A stretch of 64,000 nucleotides of DNA from Nitrospirota bacterium (GTDB taxonomy: Bacteria; Nitrospirota; Thermodesulfovibrionia; Thermodesulfovibrionales; SM23-35), in the NCBI GenBank assembly GCA_963796125.1, contig CAWCKM010000050.1, positions 10,719 to 74,718 of the forward strand, in the 5' to 3' direction. Positions 32,096 through 42,885 of this stretch are shown here, piece after piece. A model generated the notes under the pieces. The model was not told the origin of the DNA and did no database searches. It saw only the letters and a list, made by a program, of their open reading frames with translations. Within the stretch, counting starts at the first letter, position 1, and each line of letters opens with the position of its first letter. The position numbers were made by a program, and so were the translations under genes.

Positions 32096-33872
32096 TTAAA
32101 ATAGTCCTTTTACCTTACCTGTCTTTAAATCTACATCAACACGGCGATAAGCAGGATCAGATGATGTTCCCGGCATGAGGCTGATGTTTCCTGCCACAGG
32201 GCAGATAAACCTTGCACCACCATACGTGAGAAAATCACGAATATGGAGTGTCCAGCCCTTTGGTACACCTTTGACTGTAGGGTCATGAGAAAGAGAAAGA
32301 TGGGTTTTGACCATCATGGTGGCATAGTCTTTGAACTTGGGATCCTTTTCAAACCTTTCTGCTTTTGCAGTTGCTTCAGGAGAATAGCTCACACCATCTG
32401 CACCGTAAACCTCTTTTGCTATCAGTTCAACCCTCTTCCGTATTGGTGTATCAAGGTCATAAAGAAATTTAAAATTGACCTTATCATTACATGCATCGAG
32501 AACTGCATCAGCCAGTTCAAGTGCACCTTCGCCTCCATACTGCCAGTGCTGAGAAACCGCAACACGTGCGCCCGCTGCCTCGCACATCTTCTTGGTCAAT
32601 TTAACCTCTTCATCAGTATCAGTATGGAACCGGTTTATGCAGACAACAGGGTTTATCCCTGCCTTTTTAACGGTATTGATGTGATGTATGACATTTTTCA
32701 TTCCATCCTCAAGCCATTTCAGATTCTCCTCAAAATATTCCTTTGGAATCGGTCTTGCCAGGTACAACAGGGAGCGCACCTGCATTCACACCATGATGCT
32801 TCAATGCCCTTATCGTAGCAGTAATAACCGATACATTCGGTATGTTTCCGGAATAACGACATTTTACATTCCAGAACTTCTCAAAACCAATATCAGCGCC
32901 AAAACCTGATTCTGTAATATGATAGTCAGATAATTTAAGGCACATCTTGTCAGCAACAACCGAGGACTGTCCAACAGCAATATTTGCAAATGGTCCTGCA
33001 TGAACAAAGCAGGGTTGTCCCTCAAGACTTTGGAGCAGATTAGGATTTATGGCATTCCGCATCCATGCAGTCATCGCACCGGCAACCTCGAGGTCTTCTG
33101 TCGTTACCGGGTTGCCCTGTTTGTCATAAGCAACGACGATTCCACCCATTCTCTTCCTGAAGTCTGCAAGATCGCTGAAGATGGAAAGGATCGCCATGAC
33201 TTCTGAGGAAACAGCTATCCCGAATTTTGAAGGCATCATGAACCCATCCATCTTGCCGCCGATTCCAATGATAATGTTCCTGAGTGCCTGTGCACAAAAA
33301 TCCATGACCCATCCCATTTCAACATTCTTCGGGTCTATGTTGAGACGCTTTAGATTTCTCTTTGCAAGCTGCTCATCATTATAGTTAAATTCGTGCTGCA
33401 TCCTCGCTGTCGTTGCAACCATAGCAAGGTTATGTGCGTTCATAACGGCATTAATATCACCGGTAAGACCAAGTGAGAATTCTGTTAAGCGGAATACATT
33501 GCGAGAGTCCTCCTCCTGCGGCCGATCCCTTGATATTCATGGTTGGTCCACCGGATGGTTGGCGGATGCATGCAGTAACATTTTTATCGCGCTTTCCTAT
33601 ACCCTGAAGAAGGCCCATGGTGGTAGTGGACTTTCCCTCTCCAAGGGGGGTTGGTGTTATAGCTGTTACTTCGATGAACTTCCCGTCAGGCTTGTCTTTC
33701 AACCTCTCCAGGACACTGCATAAAACGAACCTTTGCAACATAATGTCCGTGGGGCAACAACTCCTCTTTTAGTATCCCCAGTTTCTCAGCTAGTTGCTGA
33801 GATGTCTTCATACGTTGTTCTGCTTCCTCTGCAATCTGCCAGTCTGCATGTTTTGGTTGGATCAAGTGGCAT
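32096..33872 (-). CDS. fhs: Formate--tetrahydrofolate ligase (several frameshifts)
   Basis: [47 protein letters not shown]. Confidence 0.92.
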
Positions 33873-33984
33873 CTCTAAAAATCCCCCTTTCTGTTTTTTT
33901 GTAAGGCACTGTAAGGCACAAAGCGTCTAACGTACCTATATAAGAATAATCCCCTACTTTCTTACTCTATACTGTTTTATGGTC

Positions 33985-34433
33985 TTAGTAGCTTATCAAT
34001 GCACTCAGGAATTTATCAGTGGTGCGTCTGAGCTTTTTGCTCATCTCAAGGGCAATCTTTTGGAGGATGTAACATGCAAGTTTTAAATCTTCTACCAGGA
34101 GTCTTTCAAACTCTTCCCGTGGAATAAGGAAGAGTTCTGAGTCTTCAACAGCAACAGCGCCTGCAACATGATGACGTTTTTCGAGGATAGACAGCTCACC
34201 GAAGAAATCTCCCGGCGTTACAACGGTAAGAGTCTGTCTCCAGCCATCAGCAGTAACCCTTGATATTTCAACCTTGCCTGAGTGAAGAAGATAAACCCCC
34301 CGCGTATCCTCTTTTTCTTTAAAAAGAGACTCCCCTTTTTTAAGGCTTACCTTTTTCACGATTTTGAGAGCTTCTCAAGGCCCTCAGTGTCAATATCACT
34401 GAATAAAGTCTGTTGTTTTAATGCCTGAATCAT
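33985..34433 (-). CDS. Standalone cyclic-nucleotide-binding domain protein (frameshift near 34365)
   Basis: GESLFKE, GDFFGELSIL; no HTH; upstream MIQALKQQTLFSDI in shifted frame. Confidence 0.75.
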
Positions 34434-34449
34434 TTTTATACCTCCTCAC

Positions 34450-37244
34450 TCATGAATTCTGTATCTGATATTTCATTAGTCTAAAGTGCTCTTCCACTTT
34501 TACTGCACATATCTTCAGCTCCGGTATTTTTGCGATAGGGTCGAGGGCAGTACTGGTAAGCACATTTGCTGCTGCCTCCCTGAAATGAAAAGGCATGAAG
34601 AGCATTCCTTTTATAGGTCTATCAGAAATGATAGCCTTGATGTCAATAGATCCCCTTCTCGACGAAACCTTCACCCATCTTACCGTCATTGATGCCCAGT
34701 TGTTTTGCATCACTGGGATGAATTTCAATATATGCCTCAGGTGATACTTTATTTATCGCATCAATCTTTCTTGTCATTGAACCTGTATGATACTGGAAAA
34801 GCAGCCTTCCTGTCGAGAGTAAAAATGGATATTCCTCGTCAGGTAGTTCTTCAGAAGGCCTGTATCTGACAATACTGAATGCAGCCTTTCCCCTTGGAAA
34901 ACCTCCTTTGAAGAGATATTGTGTTCCGGGGTGATCAAGAGTAGGACATGGCCACTGAAGACCCTTGATATCTAATCTCTTGTATGTCATCCCTGCCAAT
35001 GCTGGCCAGAGCTTCCCTGCCTCCTGAAATACCTCTTCCACAGAGTCATACCTCATCCAGTATCCGAGCCTTTTCGTAAGTTCTATAATGATCCATGAAT
35101 CCTCTTTTGCCTCACCCGGCGGTTCCACTGCCTTCCTGACTCTTCTGCACCCTTCTTTCCGTATTGGTAAATGTCCCATCCTTTTCTGCAAAACAGGCTG
35201 CAGGCAGCACAACATCAGCAAGTTCTGCTGTCTCGGTCATGAAAATATCCTGAACAACAAGAAAATCTAATTTTTTCAATGCCTCAATCGTATGGTTCAC
35301 ATCCGGGTCGCTCAAGACAGGATTTTCTCCCATTATATACAATGCCTTTAGATCTTCCTTCCTGTTGCTGCCTTTGCCATTTCTGAGGCTGTCAGCCCTA
35401 TCTTATCAGAGAGTTTGACGCCCCATGCCTTTTCATATCTTTCTTTTATTCCTGGTATATTCACCCTCTGATAACCAGGATAAAAATCAGGTAAACAACC
35501 CAAGTCACAGGCTCCCTGAACATTGTTCTGTCCTCTCAACGGATTAACCCCTGTGCTCTCCCTGCCAAGATTTCCCGTCATCATTGCCAGGTTAGCTATG
35601 GAATAGACATTTTCTGTCCCGTGAGTATGCTGGGTAATCCCCATGGTATAGTAAATTCCAGGTCTGATTGCATTACCATAAAGAAGGGCAGCCTTGATAA
35701 TGTCTTCTCTGGGAACTCCTGTAATCTTTTCCGCCAACTTCGGGCGTATATTCCTCAAGACATTCCTTGAAGGATTCAAATCCCTCTGTCCAGGATTCGA
35801 TGAATTTCTTATCTATCAGACCCTTCCTTTACTATCACATGCATGATGGAATTCAGAAGGGCGACATCCGTACCTGGTTTATGTTGAAGCCAGAGAGTAG
35901 CGAACCTCACAAGGTCAATTCTTCTTGGGTCAGCAACAATGAGTTCTGCACCTTTTCTTATAGCCTTCTTTATTTTTAAACCTATTATAGGGTGCGTTTC
36001 TGTTGTGTTTGAGCCTATAACGAAGATGACATCATGGTTTTCTATTTCAGGGATAGAGTTAGTCATAGCCCCTGATCCAAACACTGCAGCCAGACCGGCT
36101 AACGTTGAGCTGTGTCAGTACCGGGCACAATGGTCAACGTTGTTTGTACCGATACCGGCACGCATGCATTTCTGGAAAAGATAATTTTCTTCATTTGTGC
36201 ATCGTGCTGAAGCAAGCCCACCGATCGAGTCAGGACCATACTTCCGTTTTACTTCTTTCAGCCGCTCAGCAACGTAATCAAGTGCCTCTTCCCATGAAGC
36301 CTCCCTGAAGAGTGAGGAGTTTCTGATTTCGGATCTCCCTCTACCCCTGCGCGATCTCGAGGTGGGGAGGCTGAGGGAGGGGCTGCAACTGCTGATTGTT
36401 CTTTTGGAGCTATTCTTATAAGTGGTTTTGTGAGTCTTTCAGGACTATGAACAAATCCGTAAGCAAATCTCCCTTTTGCACAAAGCCATCCTTCATTGAT
36501 TGTCTCAGGTTTTGAAGAGACCCTGATGATCTCGTTTCGCCTGACATGAAGGGTAAGGTTACACCCGCATCCGCAATAAGAGCAAACAGTGTCAATTTCT
36601 TTCAAGTTCTGTCTCCCCTTCTGACCCCACATTTTTCCTGTAAGAGCTCCTGTTGGGCATACTGCAACACATTGACCGCAGAACTCACAGTCGAGGTCTT
36701 TTTCATAAGGAGGGGAAATTTTCGTTCTAAATCCTCTGTGGATGAAATCAATAGCGCCAACGCCTTCAACTTCATCACATACTCGCACACATTGACCACA
36801 GAGTATGCACTTCTCCATATCTCTTTCTACGAAAGGATTGTTATCTCTCTTCTTGTATATTCTTCTCTCGCCTATAAACCGGTTTTCCTTGATCCCGTAA
36901 AAATAGGCAAGTTCCTGGAGCACGCAATCACCTGCCCTTTCGCATACCATGCAGTCATTCGGGTGATCGGAGAGGATGAGTTCAAGGGTTGTTTTCCTCA
37001 TCTTTTCCAGGTTAGGGCTTGTTGTTATGACCTCCATCCCCTCATTTACAGGTGTTGTACAGGCTGTAACAGGCCTTGCCAGGCCTTTAATTTCTACGAT
37101 ACAAAGCCGGCACCCTCCATAAGGGGTAAGTGCAGGATGGTGACAGAGAGTCGGTATCGGGATGTCGAGTTTCCTTATGGCATCAAGAACTGTGGAACGC
37201 TTCCTGATCGTGACCTTCTTTCCATCTATTGTTATCGTTACCAT
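34450..37244 (-). CDS. fdhF: Selenocysteine-containing formate dehydrogenase alpha subunit with NuoG-like Fe-S N-terminus (frameshifts)
   Basis: IPTLCH..GGCRLC, HPNDC..C, 2x4Fe-4[51 protein letters not shown]. Confidence 0.9.
36075..36117 (-). promoter_or_regulatory. Sec UGA codon (36115-36117) and putative SECIS hairpin
   Basis: TGA CAC AGC TCA ACG TTA GCC GGT CTG GCT GCA; stem AGCC-GGTCT-GGCT placed like the E. coli fdhF SECIS. Confidence 0.75.
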
Positions 37245-37252
37245 ATCCTGCC

Positions 37253-39031
37253 TTACGATTTCATAATTGATTTGAATTTACATACATCAAAACATGTCCC
37301 GCATTTCACACAGATAATCGGATCGATTCTGTGAGGCATCTTTCTGGTACCCCTGATTGCATCGGCCGGGCATACTCTCTTGCATGCTCCGCATCCAGTA
37401 CATATTTCTTCAAGAATGGAATAGGTGATCAGATCCCTGCATACAAGAGCAGGACATTTCTTGTCCCTGATATGTGCCTCGTATTCATCCCTGAAGTATC
37501 TGAGGGTACTTAACACAGGGTTAGGGGCAGTCATGCCCAGTCCGCACAATGATGCTGACTTTATGTAATGGCTGAGCTCTTCAAGGGACTCTATGTCTCC
37601 ATCTTTACCGTTTCCAGTTGTAATCCTCTCTAATATCTCAAGCAATCTTTTTGTCCCAATCCTGCAGGGAGTACACTTTCCGCAGGATTCTGCCTGGGTA
37701 AATTCGAGAAAAAACTTTGCCGTATTCACCATGCAGTCTGTTTCATCAAGAACAACCATACCTCCCGAACCAACAATCGATCCTGCCTGAGCAAGGGACT
37801 CAAAATCAACTTCAATATCGAGGAACTCTGCAGGAATGCAACCGCCTGATGGGCCACCTGTCTGCACCGCCTTTAAAGCTCTCCCTCCTTCAATGCCACC
37901 ACCGATGTCATAGATAATGTCTCTCAATGTAATACCAAATGGCACTTCGATCAATCCTGTATTCTTAACCTTCCCTGTCAACGCAAAGACCTTTGTGCCC
38001 TTACTGTTTTCTGTTCCGTATGAAGAAAACCATTCTGCCCCCTTGCTGATGATGTTCGGCACGTTCGCAAGGGTTTCAACATTATTTATCACTGTAGGCC
38101 TGCCCCAAAGACCACTATCCACAGGGAAGGGAGGTCTTGCCCTTGGCATGCCACGTCGTCCTTCTATCGAGGCAATGAGTGCGGTCTCCTCACCACAAAC
38201 AAAAGCTCCAGCACCCAATTTGATTTTTATATCGAAGCTGAAATCACTGTTAAAAATGTTTCTCCCGAGAAACCCCTTTTCTCTGGCCTGAGAAAGGGCT
38301 TTCTTCAATCTATAGACAGCGAGAGGATATTCAGCCCTTACGTAAACATACCCTTCTTCAGCTCCTATGGCATAAGCGCCAATTATCATACCTTCTATAA
38401 CTGAATGAGGATTGCCCTCAAGCACAGATCTGTCCATAAATGCTCCGGGGTCTCCTTCGTCAGCATTGCAGATTATGTATTTCTTGCTGGACTGTTTTCT
38501 CCTGCAGATTTCCCATTTAAGCCCAGTCGGGAAACCAGCACCACCCCTTCCCCTGAGACCAGAGTTCTTTATAACCGCTATAGTCTCCTCAGGAGTCATC
38601 GACGTAATGGCCTTCCTGAAAGGACCATAACCACCAATATCTATATAGGCTTCAATATCCTCAGGATCTACCTCCCCACATTGGGCCAAAACAACTTTTG
38701 TCTGTTTCCCGTGGAAATTGTAGAAATCATCTTCCACAACCCATTCGGAGACAGGGTTACCATTTATAATATGATCGTTAACAATCCTTTCAACCATATC
38801 AGATTTTACATATTTGTAAGTCGTTTTCGTGCCGTCTACAATAATATCAACAAGTACGTCCCTTGCACAAAACCCTCTACAGCCAACTTTGTGTACCGAG
38901 CAAGGCTTATCAAAGGTTGCATCAATATTTACTGCAGACAGGTTCTTCCTGAATGAAGACAAAACTTCCTCTCCACCGGCTGCAATGCCACCCGTACCTG
39001 TACATACCTTAATTCTGATCTCTTTACTCAT
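37253..39031 (-). CDS. NuoF/HydB-like NADH-binding flavin Fe-S subunit
   Basis: GLRGRGGAGFP, NADEGDPGAFMD, CGEETAL, SCGKCTPCR; extra N-terminal Fe-S domain and two C-terminal 4Fe-4S motifs. Confidence 0.92.
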   Translation of the reverse strand: MSKEIRIKVCTGTGGIAAGGEEVLSSFRKNLSAVNIDATFDKPCSVHKVGCRGFCARDVLVDIIVDGTKTTYKYVKSDMVERIVNDHIINGNPVSEWVVEDDFYNFHGKQTKVVLAQCGEVDPEDIEAYIDIGGYGPFRKAITSMTPEETIAVIKNSGLRGRGGAGFPTGLKWEICRRKQSSKKYIICNADEGDPGAFMDRSVLEGNPHSVIEGMIIGAYAIGAEEGYVYVRAEYPLAVYRLKKALSQAREKGFLGRNIFNSDFSFDIKIKLGAGAFVCGEETALIASIEGRRGMPRARPPFPVDSGLWGRPTVINNVETLANVPNIISKGAEWFSSYGTENSKGTKVFALTGKVKNTGLIEVPFGITLRDIIYDIGGGIEGGRALKAVQTGGPSGGCIPAEFLDIEVDFESLAQAGSIVGSGGMVVLDETDCMVNTAKFFLEFTQAESCGKCTPCRIGTKRLLEILERITTGNGKDGDIESLEELSHYIKSASLCGLGMTAPNPVLSTLRYFRDEYEAHIRDKKCPALVCRDLITYSILEEICTGCGACKRVCPADAIRGTRKMPHRIDPIICVKCGTCFDVCKFKSIMKS

Positions 39032-39488
39032 CCACTCTTAACTTCTTCACGTCCTTCATTAACTTATCGAGGGTCATCTTGCCATGTACTTCCTTATTTA
39101 CTATTATGATCGGCGCTATACCGCATGCACCAACACAATTAACTTTTTCTATAGTAAACTTCAGATCATCAGATGTATCCTCACCGGACGGGATATCGAG
39201 TTCAATGTGAAGTCTGTTTAAAAGCCTCTCCGAACCCTTCACATGGCAGGCCGTACCCCGGCAGACAGTAACGACATTCTTGCCTTTCGGTTTGAGATGA
39301 AACTGGGCATAAAATGTTGCTATTCCGAAAAATCTGCTTGCCGGGATGTCAAGTCTTTTCGAGAACCAATTGACTGCCTCCTCAGGTATGTAACCGAAAG
39401 TCTCCTCTACACTTTGAAGGATAGTTATGATGTTACCTTCATTTTTTCTGTAATCTTCCAGTATTGGTTCAAGTCTTTCTTCTATCAC
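39024..39488 (-). CDS. NuoE/HydC-like 2Fe-2S subunit
   Basis: CRGTACH, CVGACGIAP. Confidence 0.9.
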   Translation of the reverse strand: MIEERLEPILEDYRKNEGNIITILQSVEETFGYIPEEAVNWFSKRLDIPASRFFGIATFYAQFHLKPKGKNVVTVCRGTACHVKGSERLLNRLHIELDIPSGEDTSDDLKFTIEKVNCVGACGIAPIIIVNKEVHGKMTLDKLMKDVKKLRVDE

Positions 39489-39981
39489 AATATCGACAAG
39501 ACCTCATCGAGAAAACAATATTCTCCTTGTTTCTCATGCCAGGTTATTTTGCATATATAATTATATATTAAATATAGAATAACTCCTGCTATTTTTCAAG
39601 GGGTTATGTGCTAAAGCAACAGCAATATCGATTATCTCTGTGCCATACGATGAAGGGATAATGATTTTCGCTCAGTTCCTAAGCACATTAATTGGCTGGA
39701 AAAAACAGCCTCCACCTCAATGCACTCATTTATCTGTATTGAGAAACTGATATAACATATTTTATAATTCATTTCAATCAGAAAAAACAGAAAAAATCTA
39801 CCATGCACAAGTTCACATTACTAATAAAGTTATGAGTATGAATACATCTATTACAAAATCCCTCCTAACCTCCCTGTTAGGGAGGGTACCGATCTTTTCC
39901 AAAGGGAGGGAATAAACCCCTCTTTAGGCAAAGAGGGGCAAGGGGAGATTTTTCAATAATGATGCTTTACTTAAGAACTCC

Positions 39982-40926
39982 TTGGTAACAATATTAATAT
40001 TAGTTTCCTTTATCTTTCCGGCTGCATCTCATGCCTCAATCCTCCTTGACCGCGTAGTTGCTGTCGTGAACAAAGAAGTCATCACCTGGAGCGAGCTCTA
40101 TAAGGCAATGGAATTCGAAGTTGCAACACAAGTCAAAAGTTTGAGTGATGAAGAACGAAAAAAACTCTTCAAGGAAAATGAAGGCTCTTTTCTTGAAACC
40201 CTTATTAATATGCGACTCCAACTGCAAGAGGCAAAAAACCTGGGAATCGATGTCAGCCAACATGAGATAACAGAGACGATAGATACTATACAGAAGAAGT
40301 ACTCCATGACACAGGCTGATTTCACTGAATCCCTTAAAAAAGAAGGTCTGAGTCTTGAGGAGTATAAGAAGCGGCTCTCTGAGCAGATCCTCATCAATAA
40401 AGTAGTCACCTACCAGATACGAAACAAGATTATTGTGTCTGATGTTGAAGTGAATAGATATATGGAGGCGAACAAAGAAGCACCCACTGGAAGTGAAACA
40501 TATAAACTAAAACAGATTTTCTTTAAAAAACCTGAGAGGGATACAGATAAAAAGACGGTCGAGGAGAAAGCAGCAGAAATCACCAGGAGGTTGAAGGATG
40601 GAGAGGATTTCTCATCCTTAGCACGGCTATATTCAGAAGACTCTTCAGCACGATCAGACGGTGACCTTGGGTTCGTCAAAAAGGATCTTCTGGCAAAGGA
40701 GTTTGTTGATGTTCTCTCCGGCATGAATGCAGGGGATTATAGTATGCCCTTCTGGACCGACAGGGGTCTCCACATCATCAGGCTCGACGAAAAGGTCTCA
40801 GCTCAGAACCCCGATAAGGTAAAAGAAGTCGTTCGGAAGCAATTAGCAGAAGAGCATTTCTCAGAGAAATACAGGGACTGGATTAAAGGTCTCAGAGAAA
40901 AGGCTTATATAGAAATACGGTTGTAA
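39982..40926 (+). CDS. SurA-like parvulin peptidyl-prolyl isomerase
   Basis: DRVVAVVNKEVIT, FSSLARLYSED, GDLGFV; start uncertain. Confidence 0.85.
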   Translation: MVTILILVSFIFPAASHASILLDRVVAVVNKEVITWSELYKAMEFEVATQVKSLSDEERKKLFKENEGSFLETLINMRLQLQEAKNLGIDVSQHEITETIDTIQKKYSMTQADFTESLKKEGLSLEEYKKRLSEQILINKVVTYQIRNKIIVSDVEVNRYMEANKEAPTGSETYKLKQIFFKKPERDTDKKTVEEKAAEITRRLKDGEDFSSLARLYSEDSSARSDGDLGFVKKDLLAKEFVDVLSGMNAGDYSMPFWTDRGLHIIRLDEKVSAQNPDKVKEVVRKQLAEEHFSEKYRDWIKGLREKAYIEIRL

Positions 40927-41135
40927 GATTTGACACACCCAAAAGATGTAGAGAGCATCCCCCTTTGGCAAAGAAACGGGGGATTTTATAACAAAGAATG
41001 TTTATCTGCAATAATGACTTAAAGGAATTTTCCTGGACATTCATAAATCTCCGCTGAACCCCTGTTTTCCAAAGCAGGGGTGACATCAAGAGTTTATTTA
41101 AGCAGACCCAGGATTGTCTGAGAAACATAAGCTCT

Positions 41136-41798
41136 ATGTCAGTTTTAAAAATTGGTGTTCTTGCATCCGGGAGAGGCTCAAACTTTCAGTCAATCATAGA
41201 TGAGATAGCATCTGATCGTCTGAATGCTGAGATTGTCTTATTGATAACTGACAACCCTTCAGCTTTCGCCATCGAAAGGGCGAAAAAACATCGTATTGAT
41301 TATCTGGTAGTCCTGCCAAAAGAATACCGCTCAAGGGATAATCTTTTTTCAAAGATTTCTGATGAGTTAAAAAAGAAGAACGTTGACCTCGTTGTCTTGG
41401 CAGGTTTTATGAGGATTGTAGGAAAACCCTTGATTGATGCTTTCCCAAACAAAATTATGAATATCCACCCTGCTCTCCTTCCCTCATTTCCTGGATTGCA
41501 CGGTCAGAAACAGGCCATTGACTATGGTGTAAAAATCTCCGGTTGTACTGTCCATTTTGTCGATGAGGGTATGGATACAGGTCCTGTAATAATACAGGCT
41601 GCTGTTCCGGTATCCCAGAATGATACAGAAGAGACCCTTTCAGAAAAAATACTCAGATTGGAACATAAGATATACCCTGAAGCCATACGGTTATTTTCTG
41701 AGGGGAAAATTGAAGTAGAAGGTCGTAAGGTCAGGATTAAGGGATATGCTCCTTTTGATGCCCACATGATAAATCCTCTTTTAACTGAAAGATCATGA
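41136..41798 (+). CDS. purN: Phosphoribosylglycinamide formyltransferase
   Basis: SGRGSNFQ, LAGFMRI, NIHPALLP, GCTVHFVDEGMDTGP. Confidence 0.96.
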   Translation: MSVLKIGVLASGRGSNFQSIIDEIASDRLNAEIVLLITDNPSAFAIERAKKHRIDYLVVLPKEYRSRDNLFSKISDELKKKNVDLVVLAGFMRIVGKPLIDAFPNKIMNIHPALLPSFPGLHGQKQAIDYGVKISGCTVHFVDEGMDTGPVIIQAAVPVSQNDTEETLSEKILRLEHKIYPEAIRLFSEGKIEVEGRKVRIKGYAPFDAHMINPLLTERS

Positions 41799-42421
41799 GA
41801 ATCTCAGGAGGCCTTGCAAAAGGCAGAAAGGTTGAGACAAAGAGGCTTTTTTCAAAAACATCGAAAGATGAAGAACTGAGGCCGACTTCCTCCAAGGTTC
41901 GGGAGGCTCTCTTCGATATCATCAGGAACAAAATTGAGGGCGCAAGTTTTGTTGATCTCTTTGCCGGCACCGGTACCGTCGGGTTTGAATCTCTGTCAAG
42001 AGGTGCTCGCAAAGTAATCTTTGTGGAACCAAACAGACTAAGGACTAAAGCAATAAAGGAAACAGGTGTCCAATTCGGCTTTCATGAACAAGTAACCATT
42101 TTTGAGGGAACAGCAGAGGGATTCCTGAAAAAGGCCTCAGCAGAAAAGAAAATGTTTGATATCTTTTTTGTCGATCCGCCCTATTTTTCAGAAGAAATAA
42201 TGAGAATCCTTCCCATGGTTGCTGAAAAAGGACTTTTAAACACTGGTGGGATAGTAGTCGTGGAACACTTCGTTAAGAAAAAGTTGCCTGAATTGGTGGG
42301 TAAATTGAAGATGATCAGAAATTATCGATATGGAGACACCATGTTAACGATTTACAAAAAAGAATCCGAAAAGATCGGAGGATCAGGTGAAGAAAATTGC
42401 CGTTTATCCGGGGACATTTGA
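41795..42421 (+). CDS. rsmD: 16S rRNA m2G966 methyltransferase
   Basis: LRPT..KVREALF, DLFAGTG, DPPY. Confidence 0.93.
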   Translation: MRISGGLAKGRKVETKRLFSKTSKDEELRPTSSKVREALFDIIRNKIEGASFVDLFAGTGTVGFESLSRGARKVIFVEPNRLRTKAIKETGVQFGFHEQVTIFEGTAEGFLKKASAEKKMFDIFFVDPPYFSEEIMRILPMVAEKGLLNTGGIVVVEHFVKKKLPELVGKLKMIRNYRYGDTMLTIYKKESEKIGGSGEENCRLSGDI

Positions 42422-42884
42422 CCCTTTCACTGCTGCTCATACAGACATCATAAAAAGAGCCCTCCGGATATTTGATGAAATCATAGTTGCTGTTGCACCG
42501 AGCCAGAAAAAGAGTCCTCTCTTTTCCCTTGAAGAGAGATTGACTATGATCAGAAAATCCGTAGAGAGTCTCAATGGTGTTAGAACAGAAGCTTTTCATG
42601 GTCTGCTTGTAGAATATGTAAAAGCTAAACAAGGTGTTGCTATTATCAGAGGGTTAAGAGCTATCTCCGACTTTGAGTATGAAATGCAGATGGCACTGAT
42701 GAACAGGAGACTGAACCACGACATTGAAACAGTCTTTCTCATGCCGAGTGAGGAATACAGCTTTCTTACTTCAACAATGGTGAAGGAGGTTTCATCCTTT
42801 GGTGGTTCTGTAAAAGGCCTGGTTCCGGAAAACGTTGAAAAGGCTTTGCAGGATAAGTTCAAGACTATTGATAAGGATAATTGA
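42387..42884 (+). CDS. coaD: Phosphopantetheine adenylyltransferase
   Basis: YPGTFDP, IRGLRAISDFEYEMQMA. Confidence 0.95.
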   Translation: MKKIAVYPGTFDPFTAAHTDIIKRALRIFDEIIVAVAPSQKKSPLFSLEERLTMIRKSVESLNGVRTEAFHGLLVEYVKAKQGVAIIRGLRAISDFEYEMQMALMNRRLNHDIETVFLMPSEEYSFLTSTMVKEVSSFGGSVKGLVPENVEKALQDKFKTIDKDN

Positions 42885-42885
42885 C

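Noticed and set aside
37253-39488. Respiratory complex I nuoEF
   Set aside because: No membrane nuo genes adjacent; context and extra Fe-S domains indicate soluble FDH partner subunits.
39554-39569. AT palindrome ATATATAATTATATAT as a ModE-type operator of the fdh cluster
   Set aside because: Low complexity and lacks the expected spacing and flanks; cannot be supported.
40927-41135. ZTP or purine riboswitch upstream of purN
   Set aside because: Hairpins belong to the dispersed repeat family; conserved aptamer motifs are absent.
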